Counted from the first letter of the stretch, positions 1-9,958 are shown. The stretch is DNA of 64,000 bases from Planctomycetota bacterium (GCA_044225365.1 JBGAIQ010000011.1:32001-96000), one strand, 5' to 3'. Numbers and translations: made by a program. Notes: generated by a model not told the origin, from the letters alone.

Positions 1-2508
1 CTTCTTCAGCTTCGAGCTGCCGTCGTCCTTGCCCGCCTTCTCGCGGATCGCCTTCGCAGCGTTCTCCGCGCCGCGCTTCTGGAACTCGCTGCTCGACGAC
101 GCCACGAGCGCGTCGAGCTTCTCCAGCGCCTCGGTCGCGCCAAGCCCGGAGAACGCGTCGATCGCCGCGCGCTTCATCCGTCCGGACTTCTGATCGAACG
201 CGGCCATGGCGATGTCGATCGCCTTCTTGCGATCCTCTCCTTCGAGCTTCAACCGTCCGAGCGCGCGAATCGCGTCCTGGCGCAGTTCCACGGGCATTCC
301 GTTCGCGGCGAGCTCGAGCGTTCTCGCCGCCGCCTTCGATGGATCGAGTTGGATCATGGCGTCGAGGCCGGCACTCGCGAGCGTTCCGCCAGCCGATGGA
401 GTGCCGAGCAATTGCTCCGCGAGCGGGAACGCGCTCTTGTCCTTCAACTTCGCGAGCGAGCGCAGCGCGTTGCCACGCGGGTTGTAGGCAGGATCGCTCG
501 CAACGACCTTGCGCAGGCGTTCGTTCGTGGCGGCGTCGGCGGGGAATTCACCGAGCCGTGACGCCGCCTCGCGCCGCACGCGCGCATCCGCGTCGTCGAG
601 CGCCGCGAGGAGGGCTGCGCGTGCATTGTCGCTCTTCTTCTTCGCCAGCCCGGCGATCGCTTCGTTCTTGATGCTGCGATGATCCTTCGAGGCGAGCACC
701 TTCACGAGGCACGCTTCCGCCTTGGGATCCTTGCTGTCTTGCAGTGCGATGACGGCCTCGATGCGGCCCACGGCGTCGTCGTCATTCAGGGCGATATCGA
801 CGAGTTCGTCGACGCTCTTGTCGAACTTCAGCTCCTTGCAGATCCATCCGCCCTTGTCGAAGCGCACGCGGCTCGGCCGCTTCGAGAGCGCGAAGTCGAA
901 GCGCTGCTCGCGCTCCGAGATGAAGATGCGATGGATCTCGCTGTGACCGTCGACGACGAATTCGACGTCGACCGGGGTGCGGAACACGGGAACGAGCGGT
1001 CCCGTCTTTTGCGTCTGCTTCACACTGAGCGCGCCCGACTTGTGCTCGGCGTCGTAGTCGAACGTGACTTCGAACTTCGGCCACCCGCACAGGTACACCC
1101 ACTGTTCGAAGAACCACTCCAGGTTCTTGCCCGTCGCGTCGGCGATCGCGATCTGCAGATCGTGGGAATCGACGAGGCCGTCGCGATGCGTCTTCAGGTA
1201 GTGCGAGATCGAACGGCGATAGCCGTCGTCGCCGAGAACGAAACGCAGCATGTGCAGGACCGACGCGCCCTTCACATAGACGAAGTGATTCCACTGATCG
1301 TCCGAGCGCGAGAAGAAGTCGGCGACCATCGGTCGCGGCTTGTCGCCTTCGCTGCGTTGATAGTTCGATTGATTACCGCGCATCTCGAGCCGGAACTCGT
1401 CCTGGCCGAGCTTGTACTCCATGTACAGCGCCTCGTAGTACTGCGCGAAGCCTTCGTTCAACCAAAGGTCCTTCCACGTGCGACACGTCTGCAGATCGCC
1501 GAACCACTGATGCGCGGCCTCGTGCGCGACGAGGCTGCGGCTTTCGGTCTCGAGGTGCTGGGTGGCGTCATGCAATGTGCGATCGGTCTGCAGCGTGCAG
1601 CTCACGTTCTCCATGCCGCCCACCACGAAGTCCTCGACAGCGACCTGCGAGTACTTCGGCCACGGATACTCGACACCCGTCTCCTTCTCGAAGAACGCGA
1701 GGATCTCCGGCGTCTCCCCGAACGAGCGACGGCATGTCTCTTCGCCCACGCCTTTGTTCACGTAGTAGTCGACGAGGATGCCGTGGAGCGAATCCGTGTA
1801 GTGCTCCCAAGGTCCCACCGCGAAGGCCATCAGATACGTGACGTTCGGCTGCTCCATCTTCCAGTGGAACCGCTTCTTGCCGTTCACATCCTTCGTGTCG
1901 AGGAGCACGCCGTTGCTCACCGCCGTCAGCGAGGGATCGACGGTCAGCGAGATCTCCCAGCTCGTGCGATCGTTCGGGTGGTCCCAGATCGGTACCCAGT
2001 AGTGGTTGTCCTCGTCCTCACCCTGCGTCCACGCCTGGTTCGTCTTCTTCTCGTCGGACGGATCCGCGTGGACGAAGAACAAGCCCTTCGGCGGGTGGTC
2101 GCCTTCGTACTCGATCGTGACTTCGAAGCTCTCGCCGACCCTGTAGATCTTGGGGAGCGAGATGCGGAGCTTGCCTTGTTTGTGGTCGTAGCGGACGGGC
2201 TGGCCGTGGATCTCCACCTTCGTGATACGCATGCCATCGGCGTCGAGTTCGATCTCCTCCACGCCCTCGCGGAGCGGCGACATCTTCTCGGCGACGATTC
2301 CCTTGAACGTCTCCTTCTCGATATCGAGATCGAGGTCGACCGCGACATGCTGCAGATCGCACGCGCGCTCCCACTCGGCGGTCTTGCCGAAGTCGGGAGA
2401 CGGCTCGTTGACGATTCCGACCTGAGCGAACGCAACGGATCCTGCGAGCAGTGCGATGCCCGCCGACCAACTCGCTACGACGCCCGGCTTGCTGCGATGA
2501 CGCGACAT
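1..2508 (-). CDS. M1-family zinc aminopeptidase with C-terminal HEAT-like repeats (3' end runs off the window)
   Basis: Absent from the ORF track; translated by hand. ATG at 2508 after GGAGG; signal-like N-terminus MSRHRSKPGVVASWSAGIALLAGSVAFA; GGMEN motif near 1605-1620; HEAAHQWFGDLQTCRTWKDLWLNEGFA (HExxH-18x-E) near 1450-1525; Ala/Leu-rich helical tail. Confidence 0.9.
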   Translation of the reverse strand, partial: MSRHRSKPGVVASWSAGIALLAGSVAFAQVGIVNEPSPDFGKTAEWERACDLQHVAVDLDLDIEKETFKGIVAEKMSPLREGVEEIELDADGMRITKVEIHGQPVRYDHKQGKLRISLPKIYRVGESFEVTIEYEGDHPPKGLFFVHADPSDEKKTNQAWTQGEDEDNHYWVPIWDHPNDRTSWEISLTVDPSLTAVSNGVLLDTKDVNGKKRFHWKMEQPNVTYLMAFAVGPWEHYTDSLHGILVDYYVNKGVGEETCRRSFGETPEILAFFEKETGVEYPWPKYSQVAVEDFVVGGMENVSCTLQTDRTLHDATQHLETESRSLVAHEAAHQWFGDLQTCRTWKDLWLNEGFAQYYEALYMEYKLGQDEFRLEMRGNQSNYQRSEGDKPRPMVADFFSRSDDQWNHFVYVKGASVLHMLRFVLGDDGYRRSISHYLKTHRDGLVDSHDLQIAIADATGKNLEWFFEQWVYLCGWPKFEVTFDYDAEHKSGALSVKQTQKTGPLVPVFRTPVDVEFVVDGHSEIHRIFISEREQRFDFALSKRPSRVRFDKGGWICKELKFDKSVDELVDIALNDDDAVGRIEAVIALQDSKDPKAEACLVKVLASKDHRSIKNEAIAGLAKKKSDNARAALLAALDDADARVRREAASRLGEFPADAATNERLRKVVASDPAYNPRGNALRSLAKLKDKSAFPLAEQLLGTPSAGGTLASAGLDAMIQLDPSKAAARTLELAANGMPVELRQDAIRALGRLKLEGEDRKKAIDIAMAAFDQKSGRMKRAAIDAFSGLGATEALEKLDALVASSSSEFQKRGAENAAKAIREKAGKDDGSSKLKK

Positions 2509-2575
2509 TGCGATCCTCCGTCACGAAAGGGTGGGGAGGCGCAGTGTAGGGATTGCGCGAATTCGCGCGAGGGGC

Positions 2576-3661
2576 TCAGTGCGTCTTGGCTGCCGCGGCG
2601 GTCTGCTTCTTCGCCTTGCCCTCGGCGATGCGACGTTCGGCGACCTTGTCCGCGGCTTCGGCGGTGGTGATGCCTTCACGCTTCGCGGTCGCGAAGACTT
2701 CCTTCAACTGCTTGTAGATGTTGTCGACCTTCTTGAGCGACCACGACTCGTCGTAGCCACCCTTCAGGAATTCGGCGGCGACGTTGATGATCCCGCCCGC
2801 GTTGATGACGTAGTCCGGCGCGTAGAGGATGCCGCGCGCTTCGAGAGCCTTCGCGTGACGCGGCTCCTCGAGCTGGTTGTTCGCGCAGCCCGCGACGATC
2901 TTGCCCTTGAGGCGCGGAATGGTCTTGTCGGTGAGGATCGCGCCGAGCGCACAAGGCACGAAGACCTCGGCCGGCGCGTCGAAGATCTCGTCGACGCCGA
3001 CGATGGTCGCGTTGACGTGCTTCTTCGCCCACGCGAGGTTGTCCGGGTTGACATCGCTCGCGATGATCTTGCCGCCGAGCTTCACGAGTTCCTCGCAAAG
3101 CGGCTGCGCGACGGCGCCGACACCTTGAATGGCGAACGTCTTGCCCTTCATGTCGGCCGATCCGTAGACCTCTTCGAGGCACGCCTTGATGCCGACGAAC
3201 GTGCCGCGCGCCGTGTACGGCGACGGATTGCCCGAGCCGCCGACCGCTCGCTCGCGACCGCTCGTGTACTTCGTCGTCTTCGAGACGAGATCGATGTCCT
3301 TGGTGCCGATGCCGACGTCTTCGGCAGTGATGTACTGACCCTTCAGGCTGTCGATCAGCTCACCCATCGCGGCGAACAACTCGGGCGTCTTCTGAGTCTT
3401 CGCGTCGCCGATAATCACCGACTTGCCGCCGCCGAGCCCAGTCTCCGCCACGGCGGACTTGTAGGTCATGCCGCGCGAGAGGCGCAGGACGTCGTAGAGC
3501 GCCGCGTCCTCGTTCGCGTACGGCCACATGCGCAGACCGCCGAGCGCGGGACCCAGCGTCGTGTCGTGCACCGCGACGATGCCGTGAAGGCCGCGCGCTT
3601 TGTCGATGCCGCGAACGACTCGCTCATAACCCTTGACCGGGATCTGCGTGATCTCGAGCAT
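2576..3661 (-). CDS. Glu/Leu/Phe/Val dehydrogenase (leucine dehydrogenase-like)
   Basis: LGPALGGLR, LSRGMTYK, GGGKSV, ITAEDVG, GCANNQL and YAPDYVINAGG motifs; ATG at 3661 after GGAG. The upstream part of the 707-aa track ORF is repeat-derived. Confidence 0.92.
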   Translation of the reverse strand: MLEITQIPVKGYERVVRGIDKARGLHGIVAVHDTTLGPALGGLRMWPYANEDAALYDVLRLSRGMTYKSAVAETGLGGGKSVIIGDAKTQKTPELFAAMGELIDSLKGQYITAEDVGIGTKDIDLVSKTTKYTSGRERAVGGSGNPSPYTARGTFVGIKACLEEVYGSADMKGKTFAIQGVGAVAQPLCEELVKLGGKIIASDVNPDNLAWAKKHVNATIVGVDEIFDAPAEVFVPCALGAILTDKTIPRLKGKIVAGCANNQLEEPRHAKALEARGILYAPDYVINAGGIINVAAEFLKGGYDESWSLKKVDNIYKQLKEVFATAKREGITTAEAADKVAERRIAEGKAKKQTAAAAKTH

Positions 3662-3899
3662 CGATTCACTCCATGGATGATTCGGGGAAGACCGGCTGCG
3701 GACTTGGTTCTGGCTGCGATTCCGAAGCGCTCGAAATCGTCCGAGCCCGGCTCCGCACGACCCCAATCTTGGGTCGAATACAAAGGCCGTGCATCTTACC
3801 CCGACGACGCCGCCCGCGTGAAGTGGCTGCCTCCGCGAAACGCGTCTTCGCGGCCGAACTTCACCGTCATGATGACAAGTTCGGGAAGCCGCCTCCATT

Positions 3900-4079
3900 G
3901 GACCGCCACGCTCCAGCGTGGCATTCCTTCCGACTCCCCCGGCCGCTCCGATCGGACCGCCACGCTCCAGCGTGGCATCCATTCCGACCATGCCGGGCGG
4001 AGCCCGGCGGTCCGGCAGATCCATGCCCGGCGGAGCCCGGCGGTCCAGCAGATCCATGCCGGGCGGAGCCCGGCGGTCC
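3900..4079. repeat. Cluster of REP-like palindromes: 2 x type A (GGACCGCCACGCTCCAGCGTGGCAT) and 3 x inverted type B (GGACCGCCGGGCTCCGCCCGGCAT)
   Basis: Read directly in the intergenic region; the same units recur at 25360-25508 and 53775-53831. Confidence 0.85.
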
Positions 4080-4126
4080 GAATCGTGTGGCCTCCGCACC
4101 TTGCGAGCTGTCCAATGGTTGAAACC

Positions 4127-5044
4127 ATGACACTTCTTCCGCTCGCCTTGGAGGCAAAGGGCGTCTCCAAATCCTACGGGCGCCAGCGCGCGCTCGACGC
4201 GCTCGACTTCCGCATCGAGCGAAACGCGATCGTCGGCCTCGTGGGACCGAACGGCGCTGGCAAGTCGACGTTCTTCAAGATCGTCCTCGGCCTCGCCCGC
4301 GCCGACTCCGGAAGCGTCGAAGTGCTCGGACTCGATCACGCGAAGTCGTCGCTCGAGATTCGCAAGCGCATCGGATTCTTGCCGGGAGATCTCGGTTTCT
4401 ACCCATCGTGGACCGGTCGAAGCTGGCTCGAGTTCTGCATCGCCTGCCATGATGCCGCCGATCTTCGTCGCGGGGTCGCGCTCGCGAACGCGCTCGAAGT
4501 CCCGCTCGATCGCAAGATCAAGACCTACTCGTCCGGAATGCGCCAGAAGCTCGGCATCCTGCAGGCCATCGCATCGAACGCAGAATTGCTGATCCTCGAT
4601 GAACCTTCCCGCGGCCTCGACCCGACGAGTCAGGAGCAGTTCCTGGATCTCCTGAGGGAGGAGAAGGCGCGCGGCAAGACGATCCTCCTGTCCTCCCACG
4701 CGCTCGGCGAAGTCGATCGCGTCGCCGATCGCATCGAGTTCATCGGCGGCGGGCGACTGCTCGATCGCGAAGCCGTCGAGCGCGTTCGCGAGGAGCAGCG
4801 ACGCAGACTGAAAGTGAGCCGCGGCGCAGTCGAGATCGCGGCGATCGAGGCGATCGCCGGCGTGGCGAGCATCGAGGTCGACGGCCTCGAACTGTCGATC
4901 GAGATTCAGATGGGCGGCGACGTCGCCGAAGTCGCGGCGACGCTGCTTCGCCTCGGTGTCCTGTCGCTCGAATACAACCGACCGAGCCTCGACGAGATCT
5001 ATCGAAGGCTCTACCTCGGCGGGAAGAACGCGGTGCCGCGATGA
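4127..5044 (+). CDS. ABC transporter ATP-binding protein (ABC-2 exporter type)
   Basis: GPNGAGKST Walker A, YSSGMRQK signature, LILDEP Walker B, SSH switch; start at 4115 or 4127. Confidence 0.92.
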   Translation: MTLLPLALEAKGVSKSYGRQRALDALDFRIERNAIVGLVGPNGAGKSTFFKIVLGLARADSGSVEVLGLDHAKSSLEIRKRIGFLPGDLGFYPSWTGRSWLEFCIACHDAADLRRGVALANALEVPLDRKIKTYSSGMRQKLGILQAIASNAELLILDEPSRGLDPTSQEQFLDLLREEKARGKTILLSSHALGEVDRVADRIEFIGGGRLLDREAVERVREEQRRRLKVSRGAVEIAAIEAIAGVASIEVDGLELSIEIQMGGDVAEVAATLLRLGVLSLEYNRPSLDEIYRRLYLGGKNAVPR

Positions 5045-5820
5045 GGCTCGTTCGCCGCATCCTCCGCGACGATTCGTGGAAGCTCATCGCGTACAGCGTG
5101 ATCCTCCTTGGAAACGTGTTCCTCACCGTTCTGACGTTTCCCACGTTCGAGTCGAACTACCTGGCGCTGCTCAATCTCGTGCCGGGGTTCATGAAGAGCC
5201 TGAAGGGCGCGCTCCTCGATGCCGGCTCGGGCGGGCTTCCGGACTTCGCCGCGATCAACCACCTGTTCAAGGGCACGAACGTGATCGGCGCCGCGGTAGC
5301 GATCCTGCTCGCCACGGGCGCGATCGTGCGCGAGGTCGAGATCGGCTCGATCGGGATGCTCCTGTCGCGGCCATGGTCGCGACGGAGGATCCTCCTCTCG
5401 TTCGCCATCACGCAGATCCTCGAACTCGCCGTGCCGATGCTGCTCGCCACGGTGGCGCTGCCCCTCGTCGCGTCCCTGTGCATTCAACGCGACGTTCCGC
5501 TGACTCCGTTGCTACGCGGCGCCGTTCATTCGTGCGCGTTCCTCGCGCTCATCTACTCGGTCACGCTCTTCGTATCGATCCTGATCACCGAACAGCTCAA
5601 GGTTGCGGGGATCGCGGGCGGCGCGCTCGTCGTGTCGTTCGTCCTGTACTTCATCGATGCCACGCGACCCTACACGCTCTACCGCTTCTCGACGATCGAG
5701 ACCTACGCGGCGCTCGCCAAGGGTGGCGCGCTCGATGTCGTCCGCACGGGCGGGCTGTACGCGGCGGCGGCGGTCTTCGTCGGCCTCGCACTGCGCGCGT
5801 TCTCGCGGCGGGATTATTGA
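5041..5820 (+). CDS. ABC-2 type transporter permease
   Basis: About 6 hydrophobic segments; EVEIGSIGMLLSRPWSRRRILL motif; ATGA overlap with the ATPase gene. Confidence 0.85.
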   Translation: MRLVRRILRDDSWKLIAYSVILLGNVFLTVLTFPTFESNYLALLNLVPGFMKSLKGALLDAGSGGLPDFAAINHLFKGTNVIGAAVAILLATGAIVREVEIGSIGMLLSRPWSRRRILLSFAITQILELAVPMLLATVALPLVASLCIQRDVPLTPLLRGAVHSCAFLALIYSVTLFVSILITEQLKVAGIAGGALVVSFVLYFIDATRPYTLYRFSTIETYAALAKGGALDVVRTGGLYAAAAVFVGLALRAFSRRDY

Positions 5821-5847
5821 ACGTGAAATGTAGGGGTCGAAGGCGGG

Positions 5848-5870
5848 GCCGCGCTGGAGCGCGGCGGTCC
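5848..5870 (-). repeat. Solitary type A REP-like variant GGACCGCCGCGCTCCAGCGCGGC
   Basis: Same foot and loop as type A with a compensatory stem change; lies between convergent genes. Confidence 0.7.
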
Positions 5871-5880
5871 GAAGGAGGAC

Positions 5881-6495
5881 TCAGCGCACGAAGTGCGGCT
5901 GCTTCCGCGTGACATGCACGTCCATGAACGCGAGGACTCGCGCGCAGTGCTCGCGCAGCCGGATCCCCGTGCGCAGGAAGGACGACGTGTCCGCTTCGCA
6001 CGCGACCGCATCCAATCCGAACGCCTCGGCGAGGTACAATGCACGCGCGACGTGGAAGTCGTCGCTCACCACGATCAGGGAGGAGAAACCGAACGCGCTC
6101 TTGGCACGCGCGACGGAATCGAGCGTGCGGAATCCGGCGTAGTCGAGCACGATCGCGCTCTCCGGGATCCCGCGCGCGATCAGTGCTTTCTTCATCGCCG
6201 TCGGCTCGTCGTAATCGGCGCGACGATTGTCGCCCGACACCAGGAGTCGCTTCGCCTTTCCCATGCGATAGAGCTCCGCGGCGAGGTTCATCCTTCCTTC
6301 GAAGTGGAGATTGCGGCGGCCATCGGCGACCCATGGGCTGGTGCCGAGCACGAGCGCCACATCGTGCGGTGGGACCGCGTCGGGCGTGAACACGCGATGC
6401 GAGCGCGCATTCGAGACCACACCGTCCATCGCCGCGAGTGCGATCGCAAGGACGAGGCAGAGGGCGAAGACGGTGCGGATGAGTCGGCGCACCAT
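5881..6495 (-). CDS. sanA: SanA/YdcF/ElyC (DUF218) family protein
   Basis: ALVLGT, LLVSGDN..YDEPTAM, LDYAGFRTLDSV and FHVARAL motifs; N-terminal membrane anchor. Confidence 0.85.
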   Translation of the reverse strand: MVRRLIRTVFALCLVLAIALAAMDGVVSNARSHRVFTPDAVPPHDVALVLGTSPWVADGRRNLHFEGRMNLAAELYRMGKAKRLLVSGDNRRADYDEPTAMKKALIARGIPESAIVLDYAGFRTLDSVARAKSAFGFSSLIVVSDDFHVARALYLAEAFGLDAVACEADTSSFLRTGIRLREHCARVLAFMDVHVTRKQPHFVR

Positions 6496-6502
6496 CAGCG
6501 CG

Positions 6503-7912
6503 TCACTTCTCCAGCGCTGCCGCGATCGCGCGAGCGAACGAAGGCAGAGTCGGATCGCGCGCTCCCAGCACGAGGACGACATCGCCCTCCGTGGCGTTGC
6601 GAGCGACGTAGTCGACGAAGCCCTCGCGTTCCTTCGCGACGAACGCGTGCTTGGCCCCGAGGCGTCGAATGTCGTCGATGAGCATCTCCGACGAGATGTC
6701 CTTCGCGACGGTTCCGCCGGCGAAGAAGATCGGCGCGAAGTGGATTTCGTCGTCCTCGCGCAATGCCGACGCGAACGCGCGGGTCAGTTCGTCGCGCAGG
6801 AAACGCATGGGTTGGAAGCCGTGCGGCTGGAAGCACGCGATGACGCGGCGACTCCTCGCCTTCGCGGCTTCGATCACCGCTGCGACCTTCTGCGGATTGT
6901 GCGCGAAGTCGTCGACCACTTCGACGCCGCCCGCGTTGCCGACGATCTCGAAGCGCCGATGCACGCCGGAGAACTCCGCAAGCGCCCCGGCCGCGACTTC
7001 GAGAGGGATCCCGATCGCGCGCGCGGCCGCGGTCGCCGCGATGGCGTTCCACACGTTGTGCAATCCGGGATGCGGCACGAAGAACTCGACGCCGTCGATC
7101 GTGAATCGAGCGCCGTCTCGACCTTGCCGCACGTCCGTGCCGCGGACATCGGCGTCGTCGGAGAAGCCGAAGACCAGCGCTCCCGGCTGGAACTCGAAGA
7201 GTTCGGGGTCGTCGCTCACCGCGAACTCGCCGCGCACGCGATTGCGAAACGTGCGGAACTGTTCGAGCACGAGCGATGGTTCCATGTGGTCGCGATGCAG
7301 ATTGAGCAGCACGCCGGTCTGTGGCGCGTGCTTCACGAGGCTGCCATCGCTCTCGTCGGCCTCGACGACGACGGGGCCGCTCCCGTGCCACGCGTTTCCG
7401 TAGTGGCCTTGCCGCATGAGACCGAGGATACGTCCCCCGGTGATGAGCCCCGGATCGCGGCCGGCGGCGCGCAGGATCTCGAAGGCCATCGCTGTCACCG
7501 TCGACTTTCCGCTCGTCCCCGCGATCGCCATCGAAGGTCCCGCGACATGCATCGCGAGGAGATCGGCGCGATGGAGGATCGGCAGGCCGAGCGCTTTCGC
7601 TTTGGCGATGTCGGGGATACTCGCCTCGATGGCCGTCGAGATGACGACGACCGCAGCCCCATCGACCCCGGAGCCATCCTGCGTGTGGAGCGTCACTCCG
7701 AGTCGCTCGAGCGACTGTCGCTCCTCGACCATCAGGCCTTGATCGAACGATCGATCACTGCCCGAGACCTTCGCCTTTGCGAACGCACGATACTGCGCGA
7801 GCGCACTCATGCCGGTGCCGCCCACGCCGACGAAGTGAAAACGTGCGCCGGGGTCGCGCAGCGCACTTTCGACGGCGCTGTGCGACCCCGGATTCGAGAT
7901 GCGATCGCTCAA
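6503..7912 (-). CDS. murC: MurC/Mpl-like UDP-N-acetylmuramate ligase
   Basis: GVGGTGMSALA, AGTSGKSTVT, VEADESDGS, DHM, GVHRRFE, DDFAHNP and FQPH motifs; TTG start. Confidence 0.8.
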   Translation of the reverse strand: MSDRISNPGSHSAVESALRDPGARFHFVGVGGTGMSALAQYRAFAKAKVSGSDRSFDQGLMVEERQSLERLGVTLHTQDGSGVDGAAVVVISTAIEASIPDIAKAKALGLPILHRADLLAMHVAGPSMAIAGTSGKSTVTAMAFEILRAAGRDPGLITGGRILGLMRQGHYGNAWHGSGPVVVEADESDGSLVKHAPQTGVLLNLHRDHMEPSLVLEQFRTFRNRVRGEFAVSDDPELFEFQPGALVFGFSDDADVRGTDVRQGRDGARFTIDGVEFFVPHPGLHNVWNAIAATAAARAIGIPLEVAAGALAEFSGVHRRFEIVGNAGGVEVVDDFAHNPQKVAAVIEAAKARSRRVIACFQPHGFQPMRFLRDELTRAFASALREDDEIHFAPIFFAGGTVAKDISSEMLIDDIRRLGAKHAFVAKEREGFVDYVARNATEGDVVLVLGARDPTLPSFARAIAAALEK

Positions 7913-7936
7913 CTCGAGCCTTTCCGCTGCACTCGA

Positions 7937-9106
7937 TCAGCGATACGACAACAGCTCGACGTAGAACACGAGGGTCGACTTCGGCGGGATCTTGTCGCCC
8001 GCGCCCTGATCGCCGTATCCGAGTTCGGGCGGGATCACGAACAGATAGATCGAGCCCGGCTTCATCATCTGCAGCCCCTCGACCCAACCGGGGATCACCT
8101 GTCCGACGCCGAACTCCGCCGGCTGCTTGCGATCGTACGACGAGTCGAACTTGCTGCCGTTCGCGAGCCAACCGCAGTAGTTCACGTTGGCGCGCTGTTG
8201 GAGGCGCGGCGAATCACCCGAGCCTTCGCGGATCACTTTGTACTTGAGGCCGCTCGCGGTCTTCTGGAGCTCCTCGTCCTTCGGCAGTTTGAATTCCGGC
8301 GGCGTCATGTCGATGATCCGGTCGAGTTCGAGGAGCCACACCGTCGGCTCGCCTTCCTTCACGTGCGGCGGCATGCGGTTCTTGTCGAACGTAAGATCAG
8401 CGGGCGCTTCGAATCGCATCGACTGCCCGACCTTCATCATCGGCAGCGCTTCCTGCAGGAACTTCATGCGCACCATCGCCGGCTTCGCGATGAAGGGCGT
8501 GTTCTCCATGTGCGTCGACTGCAGCATGTGGCCATCGGCGGCCCAATACGTGAAGTGGAACGCGAGAATGTCGTCGGGCTTGGCCTGCGCCGCGGCGTCG
8601 GCGCCCGCGTTCTTCACTTCTTCGCAGAGGATGCCGGAGCCGGTCTTCTTCGCGGTGTCCGCTTTCACGCGCGTGAACTCCGGGACCTCCGCAGTTCCGC
8701 CCACCTCGAGCAACTCGACATCGAAGAGGAGCGTCGAATTCGGCGGGATGGCCGGCGGCTGGCCCTGCGCGCCATAGGCGAGCTCGGGCGGAATCGTGAA
8801 CTTGTAGCGAGCGCCGGGGGTCATCAACTGCAGCCCCTCGTTCCAGCCCTCGATCACTCCGCCGATGCGGAATTCGACCGGCTCGCCCGAGCGCGAGGAA
8901 TCGAATTCCTTGCCGTCGGGGAACGTGCCCGTGTAGTGCACCTTCACCTTGCTGTACATCTTGGGATGCGGGCCGTCCGCCTTGCCGGGCGCGACGACTT
9001 CGTACTTCAGCCCGGAGGCCGTCGTGACGGGATCGCCTGCGAGCGCGAGCGAGAACGGTGAGAAGAGGGCGAGGGCGGTCACGATCTGCGGCGCAGGGAT
9101 TCGCAT
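7937..9106 (-). CDS. Exported FKBP-type peptidyl-prolyl isomerase with three FKBP-like domains
   Basis: Signal peptide; VHYTG..FDSS..VIEGWNEGL and VNYCG..FDSS..VIPGWVEGL domains with a divergent middle domain. Confidence 0.9.
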   Translation of the reverse strand: MRIPAPQIVTALALFSPFSLALAGDPVTTASGLKYEVVAPGKADGPHPKMYSKVKVHYTGTFPDGKEFDSSRSGEPVEFRIGGVIEGWNEGLQLMTPGARYKFTIPPELAYGAQGQPPAIPPNSTLLFDVELLEVGGTAEVPEFTRVKADTAKKTGSGILCEEVKNAGADAAAQAKPDDILAFHFTYWAADGHMLQSTHMENTPFIAKPAMVRMKFLQEALPMMKVGQSMRFEAPADLTFDKNRMPPHVKEGEPTVWLLELDRIIDMTPPEFKLPKDEELQKTASGLKYKVIREGSGDSPRLQQRANVNYCGWLANGSKFDSSYDRKQPAEFGVGQVIPGWVEGLQMMKPGSIYLFVIPPELGYGDQGAGDKIPPKSTLVFYVELLSYR

Positions 9107-9253
9107 GCGAGTTTCCAAGGTTCGTTGTTGGCCAAGGTTCGAGGTCGGAGGCACTCCGCGCCGCAGTGTAAGCGAGGACGGACTTCAGCGCGACCTTGTG
9201 TTTCGGGGCGGAAGCGCTCATTCTGGCAGCGTCAAGAACGTATGGAGAATCGA

Positions 9254-9943
9254 ATGACCGTCGATCTGGCCAAACGCGCCGCGGGCCGCGCCGCCGCCGA
9301 CTTCGTGACGAACGGCATGACCCTCGGCCTCGGCACCGGGTCGACCGTCTACTTCACGCTCGAGCGTCTCGCGGAGCGCATCCGCGACGAACGGATCGAG
9401 ATTCGCGGCGTGCCGACCTCGATCGACACCGAGAAGAAGGCCGGCGAATTCGGGATCCCCACCCTGACGCTCGACGCCGTGGAGTCGCTCGATCTCACGA
9501 TCGACGGCGCCGACGAGATCGACGCCCAGTTCCATCTCGTGAAGGGCGGCGGCGGAGCACTGCTGCGCGAGAAGGTCGTCGCGAGCATCTCGAAGCGGGA
9601 GATCATCATCGCGACCCCCGACAAGGTCGTGGAGAAGCTCGCGAAGAAGTTTCCCCTACCGATCGAGATCGTGCCCTTCGCGCGCTCGGTCGTCGAGCGT
9701 CAGCTCGCGCTCCATGGCGCACACCCCTTCCTCCGCCAGCGCGATGGCCAACCCTACGTCACCGACAACGGGAACTGGATCCTCGATTGCTCGTTCGCGC
9801 ACGGAATCCCCGATCCCGCCGCGATGGAGATCACGCTGAAGCGGATCGCCGGAATCGTCGAGGTCGGCCTGTTCATCGGCCTCGCGCACGTGCTCGTGCT
9901 CGGAATGATGGACGGCACCGCGACGGTGACGCAGCGCGCATAG
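9254..9943 (+). CDS. rpiA: Ribose-5-phosphate isomerase A
   Basis: GLGTGST, DGADE, KGGGGALLREK and TDNGN motifs; GGAG RBS. Confidence 0.95.
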   Translation: MTVDLAKRAAGRAAADFVTNGMTLGLGTGSTVYFTLERLAERIRDERIEIRGVPTSIDTEKKAGEFGIPTLTLDAVESLDLTIDGADEIDAQFHLVKGGGGALLREKVVASISKREIIIATPDKVVEKLAKKFPLPIEIVPFARSVVERQLALHGAHPFLRQRDGQPYVTDNGNWILDCSFAHGIPDPAAMEITLKRIAGIVEVGLFIGLAHVLVLGMMDGTATVTQRA

Positions 9944-9958
9944 GAATCGCGAACTCGA

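Noticed and set aside
679-2670. 663-aa plus-strand ORF and similar long antisense ORFs (e.g. 6311-9061, 33570-36581, 51060-52892)
   Set aside because: Shadow frames of real opposite-strand genes in GC-rich DNA; they show no recognisable motifs.
3662-4126. Long N-terminal extensions of the dehydrogenase (707 aa) and ABC ATPase (837 aa) track ORFs
   Set aside because: Open frames running through intergenic REP DNA; RBS position and homology support the shorter starts.
5826-5840. AAATGTAGGGGTCGA resembling the NrdR-box region at 53686-53701
   Set aside because: A single short match between convergent gene ends; likely chance.
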